Below are positions 27,868 through 41,550 of a stretch of DNA of 64,000 nucleotides, in pieces. A program made the position numbers and the translations under genes. Every line of letters starts with the position of its first letter. The first letter of the stretch is position 1. Below the pieces are notes generated by a model. That model was given only the letters and a program-made list of their open reading frames with translations. It was not told the DNA's origin and ran no database searches. The stretch is from NCBI RefSeq assembly GCF_009914755.1, contig NC_060932.1, one strand, 5' to 3'. The stretch comes from the human T2T-CHM13v2.0 reference genome, Homo sapiens.

Positions 27868-28391
27868 AGATTCTGTGTTTTAACAAAGTCCTGCCAGCTA
27901 GTGCTTGATAATATGCAAACTGTCATTCTGCACTTTCTCATAGTTGATCTGCTTAATACATTGACAATCTCAATAATGTCTTATTTTAGAAATACATTGT
28001 CATTCTCCTCCTATCATAACTTGGTGGTTGGCATAAGCAATTAGGCACAATTATAATTTATTGCAAGCATAAATTAGAAACAGAATTATGTAAGTTTTAT
28101 TTTTTCATGCTGTGCAGTTGCTCCTATAACCAATAATTAAGATGGGGAAATGGGCCACGGGAGATTGGTTTTAGAAAGGCCCCACCTGCTCTAGCCCATC
28201 TTAACCTGGGGCTAGACTCTCTCAGGGCTAAAGAAGACAGATTCAAGAATAGCAGGTGGTATTTAAATTTATAAGTCAAGAATGTTTTAAGTAAGATTAA
28301 TAAACAGATATAATGAGTTTACTCTGTCCTCAGCGTATTATCCCTACATTTTTAACAATACCCTACAACTTTAATTATGGTAAAGTTTTTA

Positions 28392-28814
<423 letters not shown>

Positions 28815-29039
28815 CATCAAAATCAGATAAATATGGTATTTGGATTTTAGAATTTAATGTAGCTGCAAATATGATATTGTAGACTATTTAGTCATATTGG
28901 TAAATGTATAACTGTATTTTGAAGTAAAAATATTACAAAACAATATTCAATCATGTATAGATTGCATAGGTTACAGTGGAAAAATAAACACGTGTGTGTG
29001 TATGACAAAAGAGCAGATATTAAGTTAAATTCTGGGAAG

Positions 29040-30272
29040 CTATTAGTGGCCATCTCTGAGCAGCGCTCCCTACAGATGGGCAGCAAGCTCCTCTTTCGGA
29101 AGGATTAAGGCAGCACATCTCCAGATCTACCATGGTCTATCTCTTGTCTGCTCAGCTGTACTTCCATATATATATCTGGGGACCAGGGACTCTAACTGCG
29201 GAACTTATAGTTGTAGGGATGGGAAGCACCAGTTTTCTCTGTGGGTTGATGTAAGTGCTGTATCTACCCCTAAATTACCAGGACGTATGTTCTTCCGATT
29301 GGCAGCACAATGCCATACAGATTGATTCAAAGCATATAGTGGGTCTTGGAGGATGGCATGCAGTGATCTCAAAGTATTGACTCTGAACTATTGTTTTCAA
29401 CTATGCTTCACCAGGCCAGTTCAACATTCTATCAGGCTAAAAGCTTCTATGTGGTGAAGTTTGGTACAACCAGAGGATCCCATGGTCATGGATCGACTCC
29501 CTCAACTCTTTTTTTCTGTAAAGTGGATCCCCTGGATTTACATGGGTCAAATGCTCCAAAATCCATTGGATAATGATGCTGCCTAAGGCCCTTTGCTAGT
29601 AAAAGCAAACACGTTTACTTCGGTGAGAACAAACTACTTACCCTTTCAGGATACAGGAGTTCAATACAGTCTGATTATCACCAAGTAGCTTCAGGGTCTC
29701 TTACAGAAATTGTTTCCCATTGAAAGCTTTCCATTTGTTTCTGTTGCTGGAAGTTTTTATATTTGGTAACAGGAATAGATCAAACTTGGTGAGTCTTTGC
29801 TATTAGGCCCACGCGTAAGGTCCACCTGTGGCACTGTAGACACTTCATTCCTGAGTCAGCATTGGGCTAACCGAGGACTAGCTGACATCAGCTGGCTTGC
29901 TGGGCCTTTTTGTTTACTTGGTTATCTAGTGTCTCTACTATGGTAAATACTCTCTAGCGAATGCTGAGAACTGTACAACTTATTACCATTTCTATACATC
30001 CATCCAAATTTCTTTGTTATTAATATTACAATCTTCTCTTGAAGCCCCTGGAAAGTCAGCCAGACCATTCGCTACTGCTCGTGACTTCTTATTTATTCTA
30101 ATGTTGGGCTACTTCTAATTTCAACACAAATTGGATGACCATGTGCACTGCCTGAAGCTCTGTTCACTGAGACGATTTTTCTTTGTCATTATCCTTAAGA
30201 CCATCTCTAAATGAGGCTGTTGTGACACTGCTCTCCATTTTCACCTTGTGCGCACTCACACACACACACACA

Positions 30273-30313
<41 letters not shown>

Positions 30314-31995
30314 AACCAAGCCACCTGTAAGCTCGGCTTAGGCTTTTACTTCTAGGTAAGCTATTTATCCAAGATCTCCCATACATATGATCATAGAAGA
30401 TACCTGACAAAACAAGAGTGTTTGCCCAATACAGGTAGGAGCCATGGACATATGAAATATCTGCTCATGCATCTTGCTTGTGCATTCTGGTCTTGCTCAG
30501 GCTAAATTCTGTAGGTACTGCTTTGAAAGTATGATGCATTGTCACTGTGAAGGAAACAGTTCATGATGCAGTTTCAGACACATGGTCACTTGTCTCATGC
30601 TTAGACATTCTGTCTCTACCATAGCCCATTAGTTCACCAGGATTTTGTTTCCTAAGCCATAACATTCTTTCCAACAGTTGGCTTGATCTTGTTCCCGGTT
30701 CAGGGCACTGAATTGCAGTTCTCCTTTTTGAGCAAGCCATGTGCTTCACATAGCATCTTTCCCCATCTGTAATACAAGAGTCAGCTAAATTATACAGCCT
30801 AATTGGCATTGCTGCTTACATTAATGCCTGGACATTGCTGCAAACTCTTTTCTGCTTTGGGCCCCACTTAATGCTGTAAGTCTTTCACATAATTCTGCCC
30901 CACTGGGACCCTAACAGTTTTATGGAAGTGGCAAACCCCTAAAACTGCCCGGGTTCATACCTCACCCTCTGGTTCACATGAGTTTCACTAAGACTGCCAG
31001 CATGTAAGCCACCTTTTGCTCACTTTGTTCATTGAGCACGATGCCATCATATAATAGATTAAAATAATATTTGTGTGCCCTATAGGTGGTCCATCTCTCT
31101 TTAAACTGTTTTGTAACAGAGGACAAGATGGTGAACATAGATCTGGGGTAATATTGTTAAAGTGTATTTTTACCCATTCCATATGAATACAAACTATGTC
31201 TTATCCTCTCTTTTGACTGAAATACAAAAGAACACATTTGCCAAAACAATGTCTCTATAGCATGTACCTGAGATCATATTAATCTAGTCTAACAACAACA
31301 AAAGCACATGTAGCATGTTGGTTACAACCAGGCTTATTACTTGGTTATTCATGCACTGATCCTTAGACTTCATTCAGAATCCATCTGATTTCCTCAGGGG
31401 CCAGACTGTTGTTAATATGAGAACTGAAGGGCCCATGACTTCTACATTCTTTATATCCTTGAAGCTGACACTACTCTCTGACGTTCCCACTTCCCAGAAT
31501 ACAATATTCCTTTTGGGTAATTATCCTTGAAGGTCATCCCTCGAGTTTGGCTGTTGGGTCTTGGCGTTTGTCCTCATTGTCCTCCATATTCCATCAGAGA
31601 ATATGAGGGATTTCTTGTAGGCAACCAGTGGAGCCCTCTAACTTTAACACCTGGCTTTGAATAGCATAACACTTGCACTAAGCTCTTCATTATCTTTTTG
31701 TAATGTCTCAGTGATACTTAGCAATACTATTTGACAGCATTATCTTTAAAGCTACTCTTTTCTCTATGTACTTCAAGTGCTTGGTACATTTACCACACCT
31801 TCTAATGAATTCCCTTTCAGCAGTATGCCTTATGAATGCACCACCTGTGAATGTTTCAGCAGCTGGACAGCTCCCTTGTGCTGGGTGCTTTCTGTGTTCC
31901 ACGTATCACCAGCATAAGGCCCTCATTGCTATCCATAGGGTGCATAATCTAGCTCTGTAAGCTTCTGCTTTCCTTGGTCTACTACCAATACCAGC
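29040..31995 (-). mobile_element. Degraded ERVL-class internal region (ERV3-16A3-like pol)
   Basis: Minus-strand remnants resembling the ERVL consensus motifs: RT W.G.KYTLTILPQ (about 31140-31180), WGPKQKR (about 30860), RNase H AVANGL (about 30070) and ELQAVHMV (about 30150), integrase LIE/YALNQ (about 29320-29440). Confidence 0.75.
30254..30311. repeat. (CA)n microsatellite with one interruption
   Basis: Read directly. Confidence 0.92.
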
Positions 31996-31999
31996 CATT

Positions 32000-32190
32000 T
32001 ATAATTCCCTGGAAAAGACAAAGTTTAGGGTGCAGGATGTGAATTAAGAATCAACCCCCATGATGGGAAGAAGGAGAAAGCAGAATTTAGCATTAGTAAA
32101 AATCAAATTGTACAATGCAGATCCAACAAATGTTTGGCAAACCTGGCTAAAATCTTCAGAGCAAGAATTGTCCACCAGAGTGTCTTACAT
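32000..32190 (-). mobile_element. LTR16A-like ERVL LTR fragment (probable 5' LTR of the adjacent internal region)
   Basis: tgcaggatg...atcaacccccatgatgggaagaaggagaaagcagaatt...caatgcagatccaac resembles antisense LTR16A. Confidence 0.6.
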
Positions 32191-32340
32191 TGTAACTTTC
32201 CTTCACTCTCCTTTATGGTCCCTTCTTTCCTATCACCTTAGGCACTGTTTTCTTACTTCTCACCCCGTTGTATGTTTTCCTTCTCTCTAGTATGTCCTAA
32301 GTCTCTCCTGCTGCGCTTCAGGGCTGTCTTTGACTACCAT

Positions 32341-32567
32341 TTCTTTCTCTCTCTTTCTTTCTCTCTTTCTCTTTTTCCCTCCCTCCCTCCCTTCTTTCCT
32401 TCCTTCCTTCCTTCCTTCCTTCCTTCCTTCCTTCCCTCCCTCCTTTCTTTCGTCTCGCTCTGTCATCCAGGCTAGAGTTCAGTGGCACAATCTCAGCTCA
32501 CTGCAACCTCTGCCTCCTGGGTTCAAGCAAGTCTTCTGTCTCAGTGCGCCACCACACCCAGCTAATT

Positions 32568-32618
<51 letters not shown>

Positions 32619-32757
32619 CACTATATATATATATATATTAGTAGAGACTGGGTTTCATCATGTTGGTAAGGCTGGTCTCAAACTCCTGACCTCATGATCC
32701 ACCCGCCTTGGCCTCCCAAAGTGCTGGGATTATAGGCATGAGCCACCATGCCCAGCC
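32341..32757 (-). mobile_element. AluS with a (TTCC)n tail, a (TG)n(TA)n linker and a ~26-bp right-arm deletion
   Basis: gtctcgctctgtc...ctgacctcatgatccacccgcc; TSD-like ACCATTT..CTTTCTCT on both sides. Confidence 0.9.
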
Positions 32758-33329
32758 ACCATTTTTTCTTTCTCTGACACTTTGATGGCCACTAAGTCCA
32801 GGTCAGCTGATGTCCATATGCATGTTTTGATATAATGCTTTGCTTCTGTCTTCTTTGCCTGGTCCATTTTCTGGCCCTTGGGCCAAAAGCTTGAGGTGCT
32901 TCAACATGAAGTGTGATTTGGGCAGCTGTGGCATTCCACCAGTCATCAAGCTTCAAATTTCAAAGTCTGGGGATGGCCTTAGTTCCTTATTTTAAGGATA
33001 TTATCTTTGAGTGTTAGGGTCTTACTGGGGAATCCTGGCACTACTATTCCATTTCTCAATGATTTATTTTCCCTCCTCATCCTCCCTTTATGGTTCCAGA
33101 TCTCTGGAGCTGTCAGGCCGAGGCTAAGTTCCCCCTTTCTTAATATGCCCACCAAGGCATAGCACAGTAATCCTCTTTAGATGGTCACCAACACCACCAA
33201 GGGTGCCAAATCTCCATCATAAGTTGTGCATAAATGTTTCAAAGGCTCTTACGACAATGGATCCTGGAAGTTTGCCAATAACATCAAAGAAATGCCTGAA
33301 TAAAATATATAAATTAGAACCTGAGAGAG

Positions 33330-33870
33330 ACCTGGTTTTAAATTAGGCTTGGGAGTAAGAAGAGTTGTATTCATGTCCAGGTTGTGACATTACCTTGCCC
33401 TGTGACCTTGGACTAGTAAGTTTACTTCTGAGTGTCTATTTTTTTTTCATTTATAAATGAGAAATGTTCTGCCTTTCCTTCTTATCTCACCAGGTTGTTG
33501 ACATAATTATATATCTCATCTACAGAAAACCTCTTTGTAAATTGGAAAGTACTACTTAGTTCTTACCTGCCGTAATAACTTTCTGAAAGAAAGAGAACTA
33601 ATAGTGAGAAAATGCATGCCTTTGAGATACATTATTGCATAGTGTCTAAAGAAATAGTATTATCTGAGCCAATTACTTAACCTTGCTATGCCTCAGTGTC
33701 CTCATCTTAAAATGAGGATAGTAATCTCATAACATTGTTGTCATTATTAAATACACACACACACACACATGCACACACACACACATACACACATATATAT
33801 ATATATATTTATGGAGTGGGTCTTAGCACAATGTCTGGTGCTTGGTAAGAACTATGTAGTTATTAGACAT
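33330..33870 (+). mobile_element. Two MIR fragments, the second carrying (CA)n(TA)n
   Basis: tgtgaccttggactagtaag; ttacttaaccttgctatgcctcagtgtcctcatcttaaaatgaggata. Confidence 0.65.
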
Positions 33871-34106
33871 GGTGACCTTGGGGGAGGCATCATGCTAAAT
33901 GCTTAGAAATAATATTTATTCTACAAATTTTAAATGTGTAGATGGGATAGAATAAATGAAATGCAACATCTAGCTGTTGTAACCATTTCTATGTTTAACA
34001 TAATGTTAATATTGTGTTTTAAAACTCACATGTATATGGTATCTATTTTCAGACTATGAATTATTTTTTACTTTTGCTTATTTAAATAAAAATTTTGTCA
34101 TACAGA

Positions 34107-34404
34107 TTTATTTATTTATTTATTTAGAGACAGAGTCTCGCTCTGTCACCCAGGCTGGAGTGCAGTGGCGCAATCTCGGCTCATTGCAACTCCTGCCAAC
34201 TGATTCTCATGCCTTAGCCTCCCGAGTAGCTGGGACTACAGGTGTGCACCACTACACCGAGCTACTTTTTTTTTTTTCATTTTTAGTAGAGACAGGGTTT
34301 CACCATGTTGCCCAGGCTGGTCTCAAACCCCTGAGCTCAGGCAATCTGCCCGCCTCGGTCTCCCAAAGTGTTAGGATTAGAGACATAGACCACCACGCCC
34401 GGCC
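34107..34404 (-). mobile_element. AluSz6-like
   Basis: gttgcccaggctgg and ctgagctcaggcaatctgcccgcc; (TTTA)n tail. Confidence 0.9.
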
Positions 34405-34460
34405 TCTTTAATTTTAATGTAGTCAACTTTATCAAAACTTTTCAGATTTTATCTTCCTGT

Positions 34461-34910
34461 TTTTATTTAACATATTCTACCAAAGACTGATTCCTAAAGG
34501 GCATATTTTTGGCAATTAAAATTATTCTAAATTTTTTAGTTTTTTTTTTTTGTCTACCTGATATATATTTCTATCTACATTCATATCCATCTCTACTGAT
34601 ATAAGTGTGTGTATGGGTTTAATGTGTCAGGTAAGGATCTATTTTGCTTTTCCATATATAGATGACCAATTGTCCCTGAGATTTTATTTAACATATTCTA
34701 CCAAAGACTGATTCCTAAAGGGCATATTTTTGGCAATTAAAATTATTCTAAATTTTTTAGTTTTTTTTTTTTTTGTCTACCTGATATATATTTCTATCTA
34801 CATTCATATCCATCTCTACTGATATAAGTGTGTGTATGGGTTTAATGTGTCAGGTAAGGATCTATTTTGCTTTTCCATATATAGATGACCAATTGTCCCT
34901 GAGATTTTAT
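34461..34910 (+). repeat. Near-perfect 221/223-bp tandem duplication
   Basis: 34461-34681 equals 34682-34904 except T12 versus T14; TTTTAT microhomology. Confidence 0.97.
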
Positions 34911-36249
34911 GTCATCTTTTTAATATATTTTATATCAAATATATAACAATATATTTTGGTAATTATCCTTGAAGGTCATCCATCCACTTTGGCTGTTGGG
35001 TCCTGGTGTTTGTCCTCATTGTTCTTCCAACTCCATTACAAAATATGAGAGATTACTTGTATGCAACCAATGGAGTCCTCTAACTTTAACAACTTTTTAA
35101 TACATTTTATATCAAATATATAACTAAGATGACTATGCATGTATAAATCACACACACACACAAACACACACACACTTTTTTCTCTGGGGTCTCTATTTGC
35201 TTTCTCAGATTTATTTTCCTATCCCTGTCCAAACCTCATACTGTTTTTTATTTCTATATCTTTAGAGTGTATTTAAATGTTAGTGAGATGAGTTTTTTTA
35301 CTTCCATTTCATTTTACAATTTGACATAACTATTCCTGCATATCCATTATTGTACATAATTGTACATCTTGTTACATTAAGTGAAAAATCACATTGGTTT
35401 TGATTAAAATGTAATTTGTGGTAGTTTCAATACCTTTCAATTCAACATATTGAATGTTTTCTTTCAAAGTGTGAAATATGTTTTCATAATTTGGATTGTT
35501 TTGTGTGCTACTCTATTTACAATGATAATTTACTTCAATTGATTGTTGTTGATATATAGAAATGTTATTTGATCCTATCTTAGCAACTTTGACCTTTTTA
35601 ATTTTAATAGTTAGGAAATTGTATTTTTCTATATATTAGCATATTGTTTGTGAGTTTATCTAATGTCAATTTTATTTCTTTTTTCAGGACTTATACTATT
35701 TCTTATTTCTTTTTTGCTCTTACTGTGCTTACAAAAATCTCCTGTACCCTGCTAAGGAGGAAGTCTAAGAATGACAATGTCGGCTAGTCAACAATAACTT
35801 TTAACATTAGAGAAAACTTTTAACATTCTTAATAAGACATGATTAGTCTAATAATACATTTGTTATATTAATTCCCATACATGCATTAAATGCTGTACAT
35901 TTTCATTCTTAAAGTTGTGTTTACATATTCACTCAATTTGAAATATCATGAAGTTTCTATTATGACTTCTTTTTCATCCCATAACTTATTAAGGGTTTTA
36001 TTTTAAAATTTTTAAGTGTTCATATATTTGGGCTTTCTTTAATATTAATATCTAACATATTGCTTTTTGGTGGAGATTAAGTTTTTATTGATATTGGTTG
36101 AAGCTTGCTTATGGATTATTATGTTATTGTTATTTATAAAGATTTTTCATATGAATGTAAAAAGAATGTGCATACTGTACTTGTTCATTGCAGGATTTAA
36201 TAAGTATTGATGAAGTTAATCTCTTTACCTGTGTTCTTATCTTATAAAT

Positions 36250-36857
36250 AATGGTTTGGTAAACTATGACCCACTGGGCAAGACCAGTCCATGGCTTGGG
36301 TTGGGACTTCCTGTGTGTGGCCTGTGAGTTAAGAATGAATTTCACATCTCGGCTGGGCGAGGTGGCTCACGCCTGTAATCCCAGCACTTCGGGAGGCTGA
36401 GGCGGGCAGATCACGAGGTCAGGAGATTGAGACCATCCTAGCTAACACGGTGAAACCCCATCTCTACTAAAAATACAAAAATTAGCCAGGCATGGTGGCA
36501 GGCACCTGTAGTCACAGCTACTCAGGGGACTGAGGCAGGAGAATGGCGTGAACCCAAGAGGAGGAGCTTGCAGTGAGCTGAGATGGCGCCCCTGCACTCC
36601 AGCATGGGTGACACAGCGAGACTCCTTTTCAAAAAAAAGAATGATTTTCACATCTCTAAAAGAGTGTGTCTGTGTGTGCACACGTGTGCATCTGTGTATA
36701 TGTATATATATAATTATACATACAATATATAAATATATATTTATATGTAAAAATAGAGAAAGAGAGAGGGGGAGAATATTATAGAGACTGTATGTGGCCT
36801 ATAAATCTTAAAATTTTTACTATTTGGTCTTTTGCAAGAAACATTTCTCAATCTTTG
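36250..36857 (+). mobile_element. MER58 (hAT-Charlie) DNA transposon interrupted by AluY
   Basis: ggtaaactatgacccactgggc...gagttaagaatg; gagactgtatgtggcct...tttactatttggtc. Confidence 0.75.
36351..36638 (+). mobile_element. AluY
   Basis: gctaacacggtg, gaatggcgtgaacc; 20-bp TSD AAGAATGA(A/T)TTTCACATCTC. Confidence 0.95.
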
Positions 36858-37670
36858 TTCTATACCTTTAGTATATTTTTCTGATTGATTTATAATTTTC
36901 TTACAGTGATGTATTAAAACCTTTCATTGAGTAGTCTTTAGTTAATCAGTTCTCTGCCATTTTTGCTTTTACTTTTAAAGTCTATATTTTTAAATATGTA
37001 TAGGTCCAGGATTATAGTATCTTTCTGGTGAATTATTCATTTTATAGTTTATAAAGGTCACCTTTTGCCATATTAATGCTTTCTGAATTCATTTAACTAG
37101 TATTTGTCCTTCCTATATTAAAATGAAGCTGGTGTCCAAATATTAATATCAGAGTAAATGTTCTCATACGGGATATTTTTATTGTGGGTGCTGAAGAGGT
37201 AAGTTTGGATTTTGAAAATGTTGCCTCAGAAAAATTTGGAGTTTCCTTTACCTGGGTGTTCTAGGGGCATTCCAAATCTGAGGGAAGTTAATTTGTTAAT
37301 ATATGTGTTTAGAGCTTAAGAAGCAATTCATATCAAGTAATTTGAATTCTATACCAGTGCTTCATGCAGGTTTGGGTTTTTAATAACTTCTGATGAATGA
37401 ACTTACATTTCTCCCCACCTAGAGGCCTGGCTAGAGAGAAACTTCACTCCTGCTTTCCTTGGCCTTCATTTGCTCTGTTCCATCCTTCAGTTAGGCATTT
37501 ATTTTCTCAGGCCTTAGCTGTATGGAGGGAACTCATTTAAAAGTCTCCCAATACCATAGTCAAATAGCAAATCCTCTGTTCTTCAGCATCCCGGCATCCA
37601 GCCCTGGAACTTCCATTTCATGTATATTTCTCAGCCCAACATTTCAACATCAACTTAAAATGCCAGTTTC

Positions 37671-38406
37671 TTTTTTCTTTTCTTTTCTTTCTTTCTTTCT
37701 TTTTTTAATGTTACTTTAAGTTCTGGGATACATGTGCAGAATGTGCAGGTTTGGTACATAGATATACGTGTGTTATGGTCGTTTGCTGCACCTACCAACC
37801 CGTCACCTGGGTTTTAAGCCCTGTATGCATTAGGTATTTGTCCTGATGCTCTCCCTCCCCTCAGCCCCCACCCCGCAACAGGCACCAGTGGGTGTTGTTT
37901 CCCTCTCTGTGTCCATGTATTCTCATTGTTCAGCTCCCACTTATAAGTGAGAACATGTGGTGTTTGGTTGTCTGTTCCTGTGTTAGTTTGCTGAGGATGG
38001 TGGCTTCCAGCTTCATCCATGTCCCTGCAAAGGACATTATCTCATTCCTTTTTATGGCTGCATAGTATTCCATGGTGTATATGAACTACATTTTCTTTAT
38101 CCAGTCCATCATTGATGGGCATTTGGGTTTGTTCCATGTCTTTGCTATTGTAAATAGTGCTGCAATAAGCATACTTGTGCATGTGTCTTTATAGCAGAAT
38201 AATTTATATTCCTTTGGGTCTATACCCCATAATGGGATGGCTGGGTCAAATGGTATTAGATCTGGTTCTAGATCCTTGAGGAATGGCCACACTATCTTCC
38301 ACAATGGTTGAACTAATTTACATTCCCACTAGCAGTGTAAAAGCATTCTTATTTCTCTGCAGCCTCGCCAGTATCTCTTGTTTCTTGACTTTTTAATAAT
38401 CGCCAT
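37671..38406 (-). mobile_element. L1PA8-like 3' end
   Basis: ORF2 C-terminus (IPFDPAIPL...FTIAKTWNKPKCPSMMDWIKKM) plus 3' UTR; TSD AAAATGCCAGTTTCT/AGAATGCCGGTTTCT. Confidence 0.95.
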
Positions 38407-38844
38407 AGAATGCCGGTTTCTGGCACCCGGGTCTTTGTTCTTTCCCTTTTGGAGTTTGTGTTCACTTATATATGTATCTTTTTAAAATAATTTATTGTAT
38501 TTATTATTTCTAAGTGATATGTAAGAGGGGCATTTATGTTTTATAGTGTAAACTTGTTCCACCATATGTCTAAACTTGAATCCAGCAATCTCATTTCTTT
38601 CATCTCAGCAACCCTAGGTACCATGATATTTATATCCACTCATTTAATAATGGGATGCTTGGCTTCTACCACATTAGGTAACTTGCGCGTGATTACATGC
38701 CAATTAAATGACAAAGTTAAAATACTCTCATTCTTTCTATTGTGCTATGTTGAAACTCTGATATATTTCAGGAAAATGAATTGTATTGTAATAATTAGTG
38801 AATGAATGCAATTGGTAGAGAGGTAAGAAAGTATTCCCTGGTAT

Positions 38845-39230
38845 TCTTTAGGTTTCATGTGACAGAAATGGCTCAAGTTATTTTAAAAGTGGGGGGAAAC
38901 ATGGTTCATATATCTGAAAAATGCATTTTGACATAGCTCTCTCCACCTTTCAGCGCTGATTTTCTATGCATTGGCTTTGTTCTTGGGCCAGCTGGTTTGA
39001 TGCAGTAGAATGATGGCCATAAACTGACCTCAGTCTACATCCTACAGTTGAATAACCTTACGGGAAAGAAAATGCCTCTTTCTCAGCATTTTCAGCAAAG
39101 ATTAAAGGTTGTTATTAATACTTACAGTATAGACTTAAGTCATGGTCCTGTTACTGAATTATACCAAAGAAATATGCTGCTTATTCACACCTATGTTGAG
39201 TAATGAATCCTGCAGTCAGACAGGATCAGG
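38845..39230 (-). mobile_element. MLT1K-like old LTR
   Basis: gtgacagaaatggctcaa...tggctttgttct...gggaaagaaaatgcctctttctcagcatt. Confidence 0.6.
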
Positions 39231-39596
39231 AGTGGCCAGGGGTTATTGCTCAGGTTCAGGCTCATTTGAGGCCAGGTGGTAAATATTCTGCACATAGGTC
39301 ATAAAACCTGCTGGCCTGAGGCTTGCTCTGAATCTGCTATTCTCCTAGAACTCTGACACTGCTGCTTTCCTGATGAGAAGCACTACTTGAACCAGACTCA
39401 GTATCATCCAAGATTCTCAAATCCCTTTAAACACAGTACTAAATGCAGGAGTGTTGTATTACTTTTCAAATTATTGGTTTGTCCTTCCACGTTTAGTCTC
39501 CATGAAGGTATGAGCCATTCTTATTTTGTCCATCATTTTATAATCAGTGCTCAGAAAGTTCTTGGTACATTATAAATAGTCAATAGATGTATTTAC

Positions 39597-39754
39597 TTTT
39601 TGTTTTTTATTTCTTCAACTTTTTTTTTTTTTTAGTTTCAGGGGTATATGTGCAGGTTTGTTATGTGGGTAACAGTGTGTCACTGGGGTTTGGTGTACAT
39701 ATTATTTTGTCACCCAGGTAATAAGCACAGTATCTGATAGGTAGTTTTTCAATC
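39597..39754 (-). mobile_element. L1PA13-16 3' end fragment
   Basis: caggggtatatgtgcaggtttgtta...gtcacccaggtaataagcacagta...gataggtagtttttcaa. Confidence 0.88.
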
Positions 39755-39759
39755 ATAGC

Positions 39760-40197
39760 GACTATAACAGACAGGACAACAAAGAATCTCAACGTTCTAA
39801 AAAATAGAAATTTGTGTCTTCCTCACACGCATGTTGATTGGTGATGGTGGTGATGGTAGCTTGTTCAATGCATTTATTCAGAGATCCAATCCAGTGGAGG
39901 AGCTCTCATCTTAAAAGTCTGTTTTTTAAGACTGAGCTAGCTGTTAACATCCAGCTGGCAGGCAGATGGGAAAGTGGAAGAATTTAGGCTCCTCCAGGAG
40001 GATGTTGAGTGGGGCCAAGCTAGGAAGTAATACAAATTGCTCCTACTATTGACCGAAACTCAATTACAAGTTTATTTGATCATGCAGCAGGGGCTGAAGA
40101 TTGCAGTTCTTGACTGAGCAGCTATGTCCCAGCAACATCTCTATCCCATGAAATAAAAACACTAATTTTTGGTGAACAGCTACCAGTCTTTGCCACA
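39760..40197 (-). mobile_element. LTR33-like ERVL LTR
   Basis: ggggccaagctaggaagt...ggctgaagattgcagt...ggtgaacagctaccagtctttgccaca terminus. Confidence 0.65.
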
Positions 40198-40790
40198 ATG
40201 AGACTTATTGAATAAATGTATTATCACAGCACACTTTGTTCCAAGTAAAACGGGTCTATGAAGGTCTGCGGAATAAATTCTGTTTGTTACTTGGATTATT
40301 TTTTTTTGTTCTTCTTATTGTAAAGAAAAGTCAGATACTCTGTCCTTGAATGTAGAGAAAATCAGGAAGTTTCAGAAACTGTCAGGAAGCACAGGGCACA
40401 GTTACGACCCCTCTGAAGAATCAGAAGACTGTCTTAGGGCAGCTGTAGTAGCCAATAACTTTCTGGAATGACTTGAGGGGCTGGTCATGATCTTTTTGGA
40501 TATATTTTATCTTTTATTATTTCTGTTATTGACATAACTTTCTACCTTTTGGAAGACTTCTGAAGAGAAGGAAAAGGAAGGGAAGGAAACTAAAATAATG
40601 TTTATTGAGCTTCCACAAGATGTCTGCCTTATAGTAGTTGCATTACATAGGCTATCTCATTTAATTCCCTCAATAACCCTAGAGTTATGTGTTGGTATAT
40701 ATGTATTTACATATAAAAAATAATAAAACTACAACAATAAAAATGAATGTTCACAGAGATCTATTATGTACCAGTGTTTTCCATAGATGT

Positions 40791-40924
40791 TTTACTTATT
40801 TATTTATTTAGAGACAGGTCTTGCTATGTTGCCCAGGATTGATGTGAACTCCTGGGTTCAAATGATCATCATGCCTCCGCTTCCTGAGTATCTGGGACAA
40901 GAACATATGCCACCACTCTTGGCT
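40791..40924 (-). mobile_element. FLAM (free left Alu monomer)
   Basis: gagacaggtcttgctatgttgcccagg...ctcctgggttcaaatgatc; monomer only. Confidence 0.85.
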
Positions 40925-41550
40925 TGATGCTCTTCATTAACCTTCTTGATAACATCATAAATTTGGAACCTCTTAGAGGTTAAGAGACGTGTTCAAGATT
41001 ACTTATGTGGTAAAAAGTAGAGAGTTATGAGCCCAGACAAGTCTTTTAGCTGGTTAAAAACCAGACTTGGGATTTAGCCAAGTTTCTGCCCTTTCCAACC
41101 AGGCTAGCATCTTTGTTCTTCAGTAGTCACTGTTGTTACTTGCATGCCCCCAAGTGTAGAAAAACCAAAGGTCACATGGCACTTGAGTGGAATTAGCTGC
41201 AGCAAGGAAGAAGAAACAGCAGGAACAGGAATGAACAAACTGGGCAGTGTGCTGGTGGGAAGAGTCCCTGAGAGCAGAGCACAGAAGAGGCTGCCAACTG
41301 TGAGCTTCCACGACAAAGAACTTTCACTTTGGATGTGTTGTGCAATGTGATGTGTGAGCTATTGGGTGACATATATCATTGTTTGGCTCTAATTCCACAT
41401 CGTCTGTTAGAAATTGTTGGTGCCCTGCTTCTTGGGTGTTAAATGCATATAGACAGCTCACTGGGAAGGTAGTTTCTGTGTATTTTTTTTAAACCCACAT
41501 ATCCTTAGATGATACAATACATTCACTATCTAGTTAGAGTTCAATGGTGT

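Larger units (their letters stand above)
34405..37100 (-). mobile_element. Very old L1ME/HAL1-like fragments, heavily rearranged
   Basis: taattttaatgtagtcaa, atagatgaccaattgtccc, gattgttgttgatatatagaaatg, aaaagaatgtgcatactg. Confidence 0.6.
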
